Of a stretch of 64,000 bases of DNA, positions 47,624-56,160 are shown in pieces; positions within the stretch are counted from its first letter, which is position 1, and the number at the start of each line of letters is the position of its first letter. Source of the stretch: an uncultured Alphaproteobacteria bacterium (GTDB lineage Bacteria; Pseudomonadota; Alphaproteobacteria; Rs-D84); contig CASCZI010000004.1 in the NCBI GenBank assembly GCA_949156565.1, forward strand, positions 65,110 to 129,109, read 5' to 3'. The translations under genes and the position numbers were made by a program. Below the pieces are notes generated by a model, which worked only from the letters and a program-made list of their open reading frames with translations, did not search any database and had not been told where the DNA came from.

Positions 47624-47646
47624 AAAGAAAATAGACGAGAATAAAA

Positions 47647-48840
47647 ATGAAGAAACTTGGACAACTTGGTAAAAACTTTTGGCCGTTGGTTGCATTAAAA
47701 TCGCTAAACTGGATTCCGGATTCGTTCCTGAGTATGTTTATGACATCATACATTATGCGCGCCTATGCCAATCCCATTATTCTGGTGACCATCTATAATA
47801 TCTTTTTTTCCATATTTGTTTTTGTGTCATTCTATTTCGCGTGTCGTTTTTTCAAATCCGCATCCATCGCCTGGATTTATCGGTGGGGATTAATTATTTG
47901 CATAGGATTACTGGCGGTGATTGGTGTAACGGGAACAGATGCCTTGAACTTTGTTTGGATTATGGGTACCGTCTATGGATTGGCAATCGGGTTGATAGCG
48001 TTGGGACTTAACTATATGCAGACATCCCTGATAAAGAACCAAATAAAGTTCAGCAGTTACCGCACTATTTTTGGATCACTGGTCAAGGTATGCTTTCCGG
48101 CACTGTGCGGATTCTTGCTGGGCCAATATTCGTATCCCCAGATGGCGTTTGTCATTTTGATTGTATGCCTGGGGATAATGCTGATATCCACATGGATTCA
48201 GGAACCACCCACCCCGATCCAGTGTCCGGTGTTTAATATGCGTAAATTTTGGGACACCGCCCGGCGTTCAAAGCATCGCGGGGCAATCAATCTGGTCCTG
48301 TTGGGGGAATTTTTATACGGATCTAACCTGGTGCTGACTGTGGTTCAAACCATGTTGATTATTTATTTGTTCAAAACAGACCTGAGCCTGGGGTTGATTA
48401 ATTCTGGGCTGACGCTGGGGCTGATTGTGTTTCGGTTTTTCTTTGGTCGTTTTGGCTCTCAGAAATATTTCAAACCGATTTTCATGACGGTATTGCTGCT
48501 GTTGTTCGGGTGCATGGGGACGCTCGCGTGGGTAACAGAATTTAATTTTCTGGTATTCTGCCTCTGCTTTTCCTTGGCCAATGATCTGTTGAAATTGGTG
48601 TATGAACCTGTGACCTATACCTTGTTTCGTGTTATTCCATCATACGAGAAAGAATTTCTGGCCCTGCGCGAATTTTGGATTGATGCGGGCCGGATCGTGT
48701 TGCTCGGGGGACTGATCTTTGTGGCTATGGTTCCGAATATCCCGGTTGGATTGACTTGGTACGGGCTATTCTTGGTGTTTGTTTTTATGATGGCGACAAT
48801 CGTCGCCATGTTGGTCAACCGGCGTGTTCGCGTCTCTTAA
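47647..48840 (+). CDS. MFS-type multi-pass membrane transporter (putative)
   Basis: About 12 predicted TM helices in two halves. Confidence 0.55.
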   Translation: MKKLGQLGKNFWPLVALKSLNWIPDSFLSMFMTSYIMRAYANPIILVTIYNIFFSIFVFVSFYFACRFFKSASIAWIYRWGLIICIGLLAVIGVTGTDALNFVWIMGTVYGLAIGLIALGLNYMQTSLIKNQIKFSSYRTIFGSLVKVCFPALCGFLLGQYSYPQMAFVILIVCLGIMLISTWIQEPPTPIQCPVFNMRKFWDTARRSKHRGAINLVLLGEFLYGSNLVLTVVQTMLIIYLFKTDLSLGLINSGLTLGLIVFRFFFGRFGSQKYFKPIFMTVLLLLFGCMGTLAWVTEFNFLVFCLCFSLANDLLKLVYEPVTYTLFRVIPSYEKEFLALREFWIDAGRIVLLGGLIFVAMVPNIPVGLTWYGLFLVFVFMMATIVAMLVNRRVRVS

Positions 48841-49181
48841 AACACCAACGGCAAGTCCCGAATGTCCATCGGCATGCCGTCGCGGTCCGGGTCCCATTGA
48901 AACTGTTCCATCATAACCTTATGATCCTTGGTGAACTTGACCCCTTCGGCCTTCAGGGATTTGAGTTGCTGTTCATAAAATCCGGCCCCGCACAGGGATC
49001 CATCCTTGAACACCACACGATGCCACGGCAGATGCCATGACGCCTTGTTATTCGATGCATATCCCACAAATCGGGCCATCCGTGGCCGCCCAATCATACG
49101 GGCAATTTGCCCAAACGTCGCCACGCGCCCTGATGGGATGCGCGCCACAATATCGTAAACCTGTTCGTTAAACGTTTTCAT
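48837..49181 (-). CDS. atl: alkyltransferase-like protein (MGMT-fold DNA-binding domain lacking the active-site Cys)
   Basis: Has PWHRVV in place of the PCHRVV active site, plus an HTH (ATFGQIARMIG). Confidence 0.7.
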   Translation of the reverse strand: MKTFNEQVYDIVARIPSGRVATFGQIARMIGRPRMARFVGYASNNKASWHLPWHRVVFKDGSLCGAGFYEQQLKSLKAEGVKFTKDHKVMMEQFQWDPDRDGMPMDIRDLPLVF

Positions 49182-49235
49182 TTTTTACCACCGATATAAT
49201 GAATATATAAATTATAAAATTAAAATGCCATACCC

Positions 49236-49266
49236 CGGGCATTTTATAATAATGGCGGAGACGGAG
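49236..49266 (-). repeat. direct-repeat copy of the tRNA-Ser(CGA) 3' end plus 13 nt of flank (att-like)
   Basis: The 33 nt cattttataataatggcggagacggagggattt are identical at 49234-49266 and 49396-49428. A third degenerate copy lies at 49374-49395. Confidence 0.7.
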
Positions 49267-49418
49267 GGATTTCGCTCAGCACTATTTCATGGTGCCTGCG
49301 CGGCAGTCCTAACGGCTTGACTATGCTTCGCTTGTCTCGCCTACTCCTCGTGAACCCCGGGGTTCTGCATCCCCCACCACATTATTATAAAATATACCGC
49401 TGGCACATTTTATAATAA

Positions 49419-49507
49419 TGGCGGAGACGGAGGGATTTGAACCCCCGATACGGTTGCCCGTATACACGATTTCGAGTCGCGCGCATTCAACCACTCTGCC
49501 ACGTCTC
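49419..49507 (-). tRNA. tRNA-Ser (anticodon CGA), type II
   Basis: The reverse complement reads GGAGACGTGGCAGAGTGGTTGAATGC...CTCGAAA...GGTTCAAATCCCTCCGTCTCCGCCA, with a long variable arm and an encoded CCA. Confidence 0.9.
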
Positions 49508-49677
49508 CACGGATGGGCATTATACAGGTTTTGTTTCTTTTTGCAAGGGGTTTGTATTTTAATTGATTTTGATGCCAAATTATGCTATAATATCATTAAA
49601 ATTCATGACGGCCCATCGGGCCGTCTTTTTTCATGACCACCCCACCCGGGGTGTTTTTTTATCAAAGGAATACAACC

Positions 49678-50835
49678 ATGTCCAAATTACCTGAATTTTT
49701 ATTGAAATTAATGCATTCTGACGCCTATATGAATCAATTACATCCAAATTATCAAGATGTAAATCAGCGTGTCAGCCGGTATATGCAAATGCTATTTCCG
49801 GGCAAAATGACATATGATTCTGCCGGACGATTATCCGAACCAGAATACGATATGACACTAGAACAATTTAATCAGGCCCAACAACAAATTGATGCGGATT
49901 TCGAAGATGAAAAGCAAGAGAAAGAACAAGAAGTTTGGGATGAATATGAAGAAACTTTTGAAATAATGGGTTATGAATTTGATATAGAAAATTTCATCTT
50001 TCCCGGCGAACAAATCTCCAAACGCGTTCTGTATCCCGACGGCATGATTATAACAAAATATCTGGAAACACAAATTGTAGACGTTCCCGAATTTAAAAAA
50101 CTGATGCGCGTGTGGATATGGCATGCCGAAAATGGACCAAATATGTGTGATGAATGTGGTGTACGTGATGGCGCAGTCTTTTTTGATGTCGCAGACATTC
50201 CATCGATACCGGTTCATCCCAACTGTCGATGCCGCATCACCGAAGATATTATCAACCAAGACGGAAAAATTATTCAGAGTAAAAAGTATGAACCCAAAGG
50301 GAAATCAATGAACGATATAAATTTTGATAAAGCATATGCGAATTTAAAGGAACGCGAAGGCGGTTATACCGATGGAAAAAATCAGGTTAATGACGAACCA
50401 ACTAATATGGGGATTAAACAAAGCACATTAAATAAATATGCACAAAAACACCCCGAAAAAAACTTCCCAGTTGATGTGAAAGACTTGAAACCAGAACAAG
50501 CCCGGGAAATATACAAGGAGAATTACTGGGACAACACAAAAATACCACAAATTGAAAATGAACGGATCCGCAATGCGGTTTTTGATATGAATGTAATGGG
50601 TGGTGTTGCCGCCGCTAATGTTCTTCAAAATACATTAAATTCATACTTAGGTGCAGGAATAAACGTGGATAGCGTTATTGGCAGCATAACAATCAATACG
50701 ATCAATTCTATTTCTAAAAATCAAGTAAATGAATTTATGACTGCGCTAAAACAAAACAGAATAGAATCTTTACAGAAAATGCCAAACTGGCCAACGGCAA
50801 AAGGAGGCTGGACCAAGCGAACAAATGCGTATTAA
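49678..50835 (+). CDS. two-domain protein with an N-terminal phage MuF/SPP1-gp7-like domain (HPNCRC motif) and a C-terminal GH108 lysozyme-like plus peptidoglycan-binding (PG_binding_3) domain
   Basis: MuF-like PVHPNCRCRI motif around residue 210. The GH108 segment is REGGYTDGKNQVNDEPTNMGIKQSTLNKYA...IYKENYWD...AVFDMNVMGGVAAANVLQNTL. The PG-binding tail is GGWTKRTN. An SD (aagga) is present and GC is low. Confidence 0.7.
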   Translation: MSKLPEFLLKLMHSDAYMNQLHPNYQDVNQRVSRYMQMLFPGKMTYDSAGRLSEPEYDMTLEQFNQAQQQIDADFEDEKQEKEQEVWDEYEETFEIMGYEFDIENFIFPGEQISKRVLYPDGMIITKYLETQIVDVPEFKKLMRVWIWHAENGPNMCDECGVRDGAVFFDVADIPSIPVHPNCRCRITEDIINQDGKIIQSKKYEPKGKSMNDINFDKAYANLKEREGGYTDGKNQVNDEPTNMGIKQSTLNKYAQKHPEKNFPVDVKDLKPEQAREIYKENYWDNTKIPQIENERIRNAVFDMNVMGGVAAANVLQNTLNSYLGAGINVDSVIGSITINTINSISKNQVNEFMTALKQNRIESLQKMPNWPTAKGGWTKRTNAY

Positions 50836-50837
50836 AA

Positions 50838-50874
50838 ATAGCCCATACCGGTTTTCTGGTATGGGCATTTTTAA
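50838..50874. terminator. bidirectional terminator
   Basis: The hairpin gcccataccggttttctggtatgggc followed by TTTTT. Confidence 0.6.
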
Positions 50875-51227
50875 TTATCAATAAATTCTGGAACACCTAT
50901 TATTTCGCCGCATTTGACCAAAATTCCGACATTTCGACCATCTATATAGGCATACGCCAGGTCGATAGGATCATCATTTATATATATTTCATAATAAAAT
51001 TGTGCATCTTTTGAGCCTTGGATTTTTTTATACCCCAATTTTTCAATGGATTTTTCTGTGGGTATAGAATCATCACACAAAGGGCAATAATCAATATAAA
51101 CATCTGTATTTTTAAACAAATCATATGCGCGTAAAAAAGTTTCATAATCCAAATAGCCACATTGGTCCGCATGAGCAGGATTAAGATTTAACAATATTAC
51201 AAATATAGAGAAAAACTTTTTTATCAT
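50871..51227 (-). CDS. small secreted hypothetical protein (signal peptide)
   Basis: The N-terminus MIKKFFSIFVILLNLNPAHA is signal-peptide-like. Product is 118 aa, AT-rich. Confidence 0.5.
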   Translation of the reverse strand: MIKKFFSIFVILLNLNPAHADQCGYLDYETFLRAYDLFKNTDVYIDYCPLCDDSIPTEKSIEKLGYKKIQGSKDAQFYYEIYINDDPIDLAYAYIDGRNVGILVKCGEIIGVPEFIDN

Positions 51228-51854
51228 CTTACCATTCCATATCTACATATGATGCCAGGCATAGGGATTAAACGGGGATTGCGTTAATAATTCCCAAGAA
51301 CTCTTTGCCGCATCAAATTGTGCATAAGCCCTATCCAAGGAAATAATTGTGCTGCAATAGGAATAGCATGCATCAGGTCGTGAAATAAAACCGACCATAT
51401 CCCCTAAATTGATAAAATTTTCATTCATCGCATTGGCCTTTTGCGTGTAATCCCGATCAATAATTTTATAGATTATTCATGAAATAAATTATACGAAATT
51501 CCCATAAATCAATCAATAAAAAAATTCCCATCCCATATATCTAGGCAATGTATAAATAATATCTTAATATAAATTGTCCGGCAAAACGGTGAAGCAATAT
51601 ATTATTTCTATTAACAAAAAAAGCATGTATTCAGGCTGATTCAAATTTAATTTATGATTATCAAAAATACTTAATAAATCACGGGGTGTAAATTCTATAC
51701 CTATGACATGTTATATGTACCGTTATGAAACATATATAAATTTCCCCCTCCACTGCCATCATAATCCATGGGTCCATTTAATAGAATTAAGATTAATCTT
51801 TGGACATATGAACATTTTATGCTAGGGTTGTGATGTAATTCAATGGGGGAAATA

Positions 51855-52346
51855 ATGCGATATAAACCTAGATTTATTATTTGTTTTGGATTTTGCTTTG
51901 TTTTCCCCAACCTATGTATGGCAAAAGATAACTTGTTTTTACAAGAAAACAAATGGGAATCATGTAACTATTATGATGACAGCCGCAAAGAAATCGTTGA
52001 TGAAGGCTGCGAACAGGGAAAAATAAAGATTTCCAGTTGTGATGATAACTTGTGCTTTTTTCAAATAACAATGGAACACGGGAAACCGTTTCATTCGGCA
52101 TGTACCATGTGGGGTAAATTGCATATTGATAATGATAAACATGCATTCGGTCTTGCCATCGCAGAATATCGGCGGCGCGGTATGGACCGTCGCGAATTTG
52201 AAGATTGTGAATTAAATTTTGACATTACCGACAATCTTATGAACATATCGATCAAATCCGGATGTGACAAATGGTGCCGCCCCGATGAATTTGAATTTAA
52301 CAACACGTATCATATTGATAATACAGGTGGCGCCATTACAATGTAG
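51855..52346 (+). CDS. secreted Cys-rich hypothetical protein
   Basis: A signal-peptide-like N-terminus and about 12 Cys. AT-rich. Confidence 0.45.
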   Translation: MRYKPRFIICFGFCFVFPNLCMAKDNLFLQENKWESCNYYDDSRKEIVDEGCEQGKIKISSCDDNLCFFQITMEHGKPFHSACTMWGKLHIDNDKHAFGLAIAEYRRRGMDRREFEDCELNFDITDNLMNISIKSGCDKWCRPDEFEFNNTYHIDNTGGAITM

Positions 52347-52363
52347 CCAGATATAATTGGTGA

Positions 52364-53179
52364 TTAATATAGATCATCGTTGTAAATTAACTTGCCATGC
52401 TCGGACAAAATTACTTTTTTATTCGGGCCAATAACCTTTAATTCGGTATGAAAAATATCACCATTAACACCCATTTCCAAGATATTTTCAATAATATATT
52501 TATACTTTCCATTGTTAAAAACATATTCATTCATAGGATCTATCATTCCACCTATTGAATTATTGACGCCGTTATAAAGCACCAAATCTGGTGTATCTGT
52601 TGTTTGTTTCCCGGATGACCATGATATGTATCTGTATTTTCCATCAACGACATCAATGCGAACTAAAAATTTTTTCGTCTGAATAATTTGCACAACACGG
52701 GAAAAATTATGCAATTCATCTGGCATTGCAAATCCATCAAATGCATTGGCTTGTTTATCTGATTCTGATTTCGAAAGGATCAGATTAATAAGATTTCCAG
52801 ATAAATCCATATCAACAAAACTGGCGATCATTGCCCGCTTTAACATCAATGTATCTTCTATGGATTTATACCATCCGATTTTACCGTACGTGGGATCATA
52901 AAAATCACTGGTTGGATTAACGGATAAAATTAATTCTTTTTGTTCGGAATCAAATATATCACCGTACCGCGCGATAAATTCAGACGGATTGTTAACGGGT
53001 TTTAATGGATATGCTCGGCGCAATGGATACTTGATATATTTAGCCAGCGTTTCCGCGTCATCGTGACGAATTAAATCTTGAAATTGTTGAATATGTTCTA
53101 TGTATGTTTTATCGGATACTTTGGCCCAACAATACGGTACATAAGTGAATAACATCAGAAATAAAATAATTGATTTCAT
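52364..53179 (-). CDS. secreted hypothetical protein
   Basis: Signal peptide MKSIILFLMLFTYVPYCWA. AT-rich. Confidence 0.5.
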   Translation of the reverse strand: MKSIILFLMLFTYVPYCWAKVSDKTYIEHIQQFQDLIRHDDAETLAKYIKYPLRRAYPLKPVNNPSEFIARYGDIFDSEQKELILSVNPTSDFYDPTYGKIGWYKSIEDTLMLKRAMIASFVDMDLSGNLINLILSKSESDKQANAFDGFAMPDELHNFSRVVQIIQTKKFLVRIDVVDGKYRYISWSSGKQTTDTPDLVLYNGVNNSIGGMIDPMNEYVFNNGKYKYIIENILEMGVNGDIFHTELKVIGPNKKVILSEHGKLIYNDDLY

Positions 53180-53726
53180 AGAATGAATTATACGATTATA
53201 ATCTTGGATCAATCAATAAAAAAATATCACGGACCATGACCTTTGTCACAATCAAATAAATGGTACCACACATACATCATAATGCGGCAACACATTGTGA
53301 ATTAAACACGGAAAACTGATTCCCATTTATACACAAAATTATCCCCATTGGGGATTTTAAGATTTCTTTGGTGTGTTTTTATTTTTGGCCGACCGCGGTT
53401 TGCATTTATTAGCGTTTTTGTCGGCAATGGATAACGCGATCGCGATGGCCTGTTTGTGTGGACGGCCCGCGCGGGTTTCGGTGCGAATGTTTTCGGAAAT
53501 GGCACGACGGGAACATCCCTTTATCAATGGCACGATTCAATCCTTTGGTTCGCCCTATTCTATCACAACATATGAACCCAAACCATAGGGATAAATTTCT
53601 AGATATTTAGGCATAAACAAAAGGAAATCCAGTGATGCGGGGCACATCATCAAAAATCAATGTCACATCGTCAATATTTAGGTCGGCCAAATATCCCCAC
53701 AAAGAGTTATATTTATCCAATTAAAA

Positions 53727-54872
53727 TTAAACGTCAAAGTTATAGCCCTTGACAGATTTGACAATGGCGTTCACCAATTTATTTTGGTGTGCATCGGATG
53801 ATAATAATTTTTCTTCGGCGGCATTGGATAAATGCCCCAATTCCAATAATGCCCCCGGCACCGTCGACCGCAGAACTGCAAACGGCGCATGACGCACGCC
53901 GGGACCCGGTTGTTGGGTAATACTGGCACTACGGAAAGACTTGCTGCACCCGGTGGCGTATTCTTCACTCATTTCGGCAACCGCATGTTGTTGCAAGGAC
54001 GACAACGCAATTCGAATATCTTTGGAAAATTGTTCAAATCCATCAACATCAATTTTATCGGCGGCATTTTCTGCCTCGGCCAGTTTGCGCGCCTCTTCAT
54101 CCGACGCTTTTTCCGAAAGCGTGTAAATCGAAAATCCCTTAACTGAACGACTTGGGTTTGCATTCGCATGCAGGGATAAAAACAAATCCGCCTTGCGCCG
54201 TTCGGCAATGGCCGCGCGTTCACCCAATTTTAAATACACATCCGTACTGCGCGTTAAATATGTTTTAAATCCGGCCGCATCCAGCTTATTTTTCAATTTC
54301 TTGGCCACCGCCAAAACAACCGTCTTTTCACGTGTCCCCGCCTTGCCGATGCAACCCGGATCTTTGCCCCCATGACCGGCATCAATCACAATAATGCGTT
54401 TTTGTGACGTAACCTTGGCCGGGGTGGTATCGGCGGCAATGCTGATGGGGGTGCCGGCGGCAAAATCCAATACCAAACGGTAATCATTGTCCCCGTTGGG
54501 TTCCAATACCATAATTTGATTTTTGGGGATTTGCCCAATGTTTTTGGTCAAATTTGCGGTAATTTGTAATCGATCGCCCATTTGCACCTGACTTACCGAT
54601 TTTACCAATGATCCATCGGCCAATTTGGCCCGTATGGATTGATTGGCCGGTGTGTTGGCCAAACTAACGACCAATTGATTTTGCGGGTATGATAATGTAT
54701 ATGACGGACGCGCCACCGTTTCAATAACCAAACGACTTTTATTCCCAGGTTGTACACCCGTACGCATCGATTTTAGTGCATTACGTGCCGCGAACGCCAC
54801 CCGGGGCAGATTCCCCATCAGCAACACCCCAATTCCGGTGATTTTCAAAAGACTGCGTCTGGATATTTGCAT
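53727..54872 (-). CDS. amiC: N-acetylmuramoyl-L-alanine amidase (AmiC-like) with a Tat signal
   Basis: Twin-arginine signal SRRSLLKITGIGVLL, an AMIN-like N-domain and an Amidase_3 catalytic domain (IVIDAGHGGKDPG...SLHANA). Confidence 0.85.
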   Translation of the reverse strand: MQISRRSLLKITGIGVLLMGNLPRVAFAARNALKSMRTGVQPGNKSRLVIETVARPSYTLSYPQNQLVVSLANTPANQSIRAKLADGSLVKSVSQVQMGDRLQITANLTKNIGQIPKNQIMVLEPNGDNDYRLVLDFAAGTPISIAADTTPAKVTSQKRIIVIDAGHGGKDPGCIGKAGTREKTVVLAVAKKLKNKLDAAGFKTYLTRSTDVYLKLGERAAIAERRKADLFLSLHANANPSRSVKGFSIYTLSEKASDEEARKLAEAENAADKIDVDGFEQFSKDIRIALSSLQQHAVAEMSEEYATGCSKSFRSASITQQPGPGVRHAPFAVLRSTVPGALLELGHLSNAAEEKLLSSDAHQNKLVNAIVKSVKGYNFDV

Positions 54873-54944
54873 GGTAAAAGTATATCAAAAAAACATTCTT
54901 GGTGCAAGGAAACAATACGGGGCATATATGTGCCCCGTTATTCA

Positions 54945-55820
54945 TTATCCGTAATATGATCGCACCTTTTGCCGCATTTTTGACGTTGGCAAAAATATCG
55001 CCACGATGCGCGCCAATGGGTACATAATACGACGTGTAAACCATGTGTTGGGCATCTTGCGATCGGTTTTGCCACGCAACCATGCAATGCCACCATACTT
55101 TGGACTATTCTTATGCCGAGAAATGATTTTTACCATGGGCATGCCAATGGATGGAATTTGTTTCAATTTTCCTTCGGGGAAACCATACGCCCGCCCACAG
55201 AGTAAATATTTCTTTCCCATCATATAGGCATTCAAATGACTCTCGTCATCAACACAGGCAACAATATTATGATCTAAATCTGTTTGAACATTCGTTGCCA
55301 ACGTCCGACACATTTTCAAATAGGCATCGGCCGTCCCCCCATTAAATGCCCCACACACATAATGCCGCCCCATCCCAAAGGGAATATAGGCGGTTGATTC
55401 CGGCCGCCGTTCATACGGATAGGAATCAATTTCCCCATCACGTGTATCACCCCAGCGCCCAGGATGCGATCCGGCAACCAACCCATCATGCCATTCACGT
55501 GGTGTAATTTCCGCCAAATCAACAGGTGCAATAAATTGCATATTGGCATTAAAGAAATAAATATAATCAAATTTTTTCAATTCTTTTTCGCGTTCTAAAA
55601 ACATATGAAAACGCAATAACGTATCATACGGCCATCCGCGACGCTGGGCCGGAATAACCGTTACGTTGGGATTATCACAATAATCAAATTGGTCATTGTC
55701 GGTCCAGACAAAATAATGTTTTTCACATGGTCCCAAATACCGTTCGCATGATTCATAAAAATCGCGCCAGAAAATGATATAACGCCCCAGGGCAATGTAT
55801 AAAATGGCAACTTTTGGCAT
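54945..55820 (-). CDS. glycosyltransferase family 6 (histo-blood-group A/B transferase-like)
   Basis: GT6 motifs ILYIALGRYIIFWRDFY, GWPYDTLLRFH, FFNANMQF (bacterial NxN in place of DxD), YERRPESTAYIP, VDDESHLNAY and KYGG. Confidence 0.8.
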   Translation of the reverse strand: MPKVAILYIALGRYIIFWRDFYESCERYLGPCEKHYFVWTDNDQFDYCDNPNVTVIPAQRRGWPYDTLLRFHMFLEREKELKKFDYIYFFNANMQFIAPVDLAEITPREWHDGLVAGSHPGRWGDTRDGEIDSYPYERRPESTAYIPFGMGRHYVCGAFNGGTADAYLKMCRTLATNVQTDLDHNIVACVDDESHLNAYMMGKKYLLCGRAYGFPEGKLKQIPSIGMPMVKIISRHKNSPKYGGIAWLRGKTDRKMPNTWFTRRIMYPLARIVAIFLPTSKMRQKVRSYYG

Positions 55821-55894
55821 TGTTTATATCCTTGATTCTACATTGGGAATTATACCCATTCGCGCGATTTTTTACAAGGGGAAAATTGGGAACA

Positions 55895-56130
55895 ACGAAC
55901 AGGTTCACCGCCCCCGTTGGAATCTTTGAAAAAAGACCACCCCGACCCCGGGCCCCGCGAAAATTGTTAAATTTCCATAGGTGGGTTCTGGCGGGGGAAC
56001 TTTTCTTTGTTCTTTGCGTGGGTGGATTCCAGGATGGGGAACTTATATCCAGGTTGGTTCGGCCCAGGTTCACCGCCCCCAGAGGGGTGCCACGAAGTGG
56101 CGGGGTGGTCTTTTGTCCGAACTCTGAACA
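55895..56130. repeat. cluster of dispersed intergenic repeats (MITE/REP-like)
   Basis: Internal direct repeat aggttcaccgccccc at 55901 and 56066. Blocks aaaaaagaccacccc, ttccataggtgggttctggcgggggaactt and ggtggtcttttgtccgaactctgaacact are shared with 58.63-58.96 kb and 8.34-8.50 kb. Confidence 0.5.
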
Positions 56131-56132
56131 CT

Positions 56133-56157
56133 AAAAAAATCCCGCCGGGGGCGGGAT
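56133..56157 (-). terminator. intrinsic terminator of the 56161-57381 gene
   Basis: On the minus strand the hairpin atcccgcccccggcgggat is followed by a T7 run, then agtgttcagagttcgg. Confidence 0.65.
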
Positions 56158-56160
56158 ATT

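Noticed and set aside
49231-49420. Possible two-piece (permuted) alphaproteobacterial tmRNA next to the repeated tRNA-like 3' ends
   Set aside because: The CCA-ending sequence belongs to a complete canonical tRNA-Ser(CGA) cloverleaf. No tag-peptide reading frame (ANDN...) or tmRNA pseudoknot region is evident. The structure is better explained as att-site duplication.
53302-53588. Arg/Lys-rich 67-aa minus-strand ORF and overlapping 71-aa plus-strand ORF in the amiC downstream spacer
   Set aside because: No SD and no similarity to ribosomal or other basic proteins. Composition-driven ORFs of this kind are common in GC-rich spacers and are probably non-coding.
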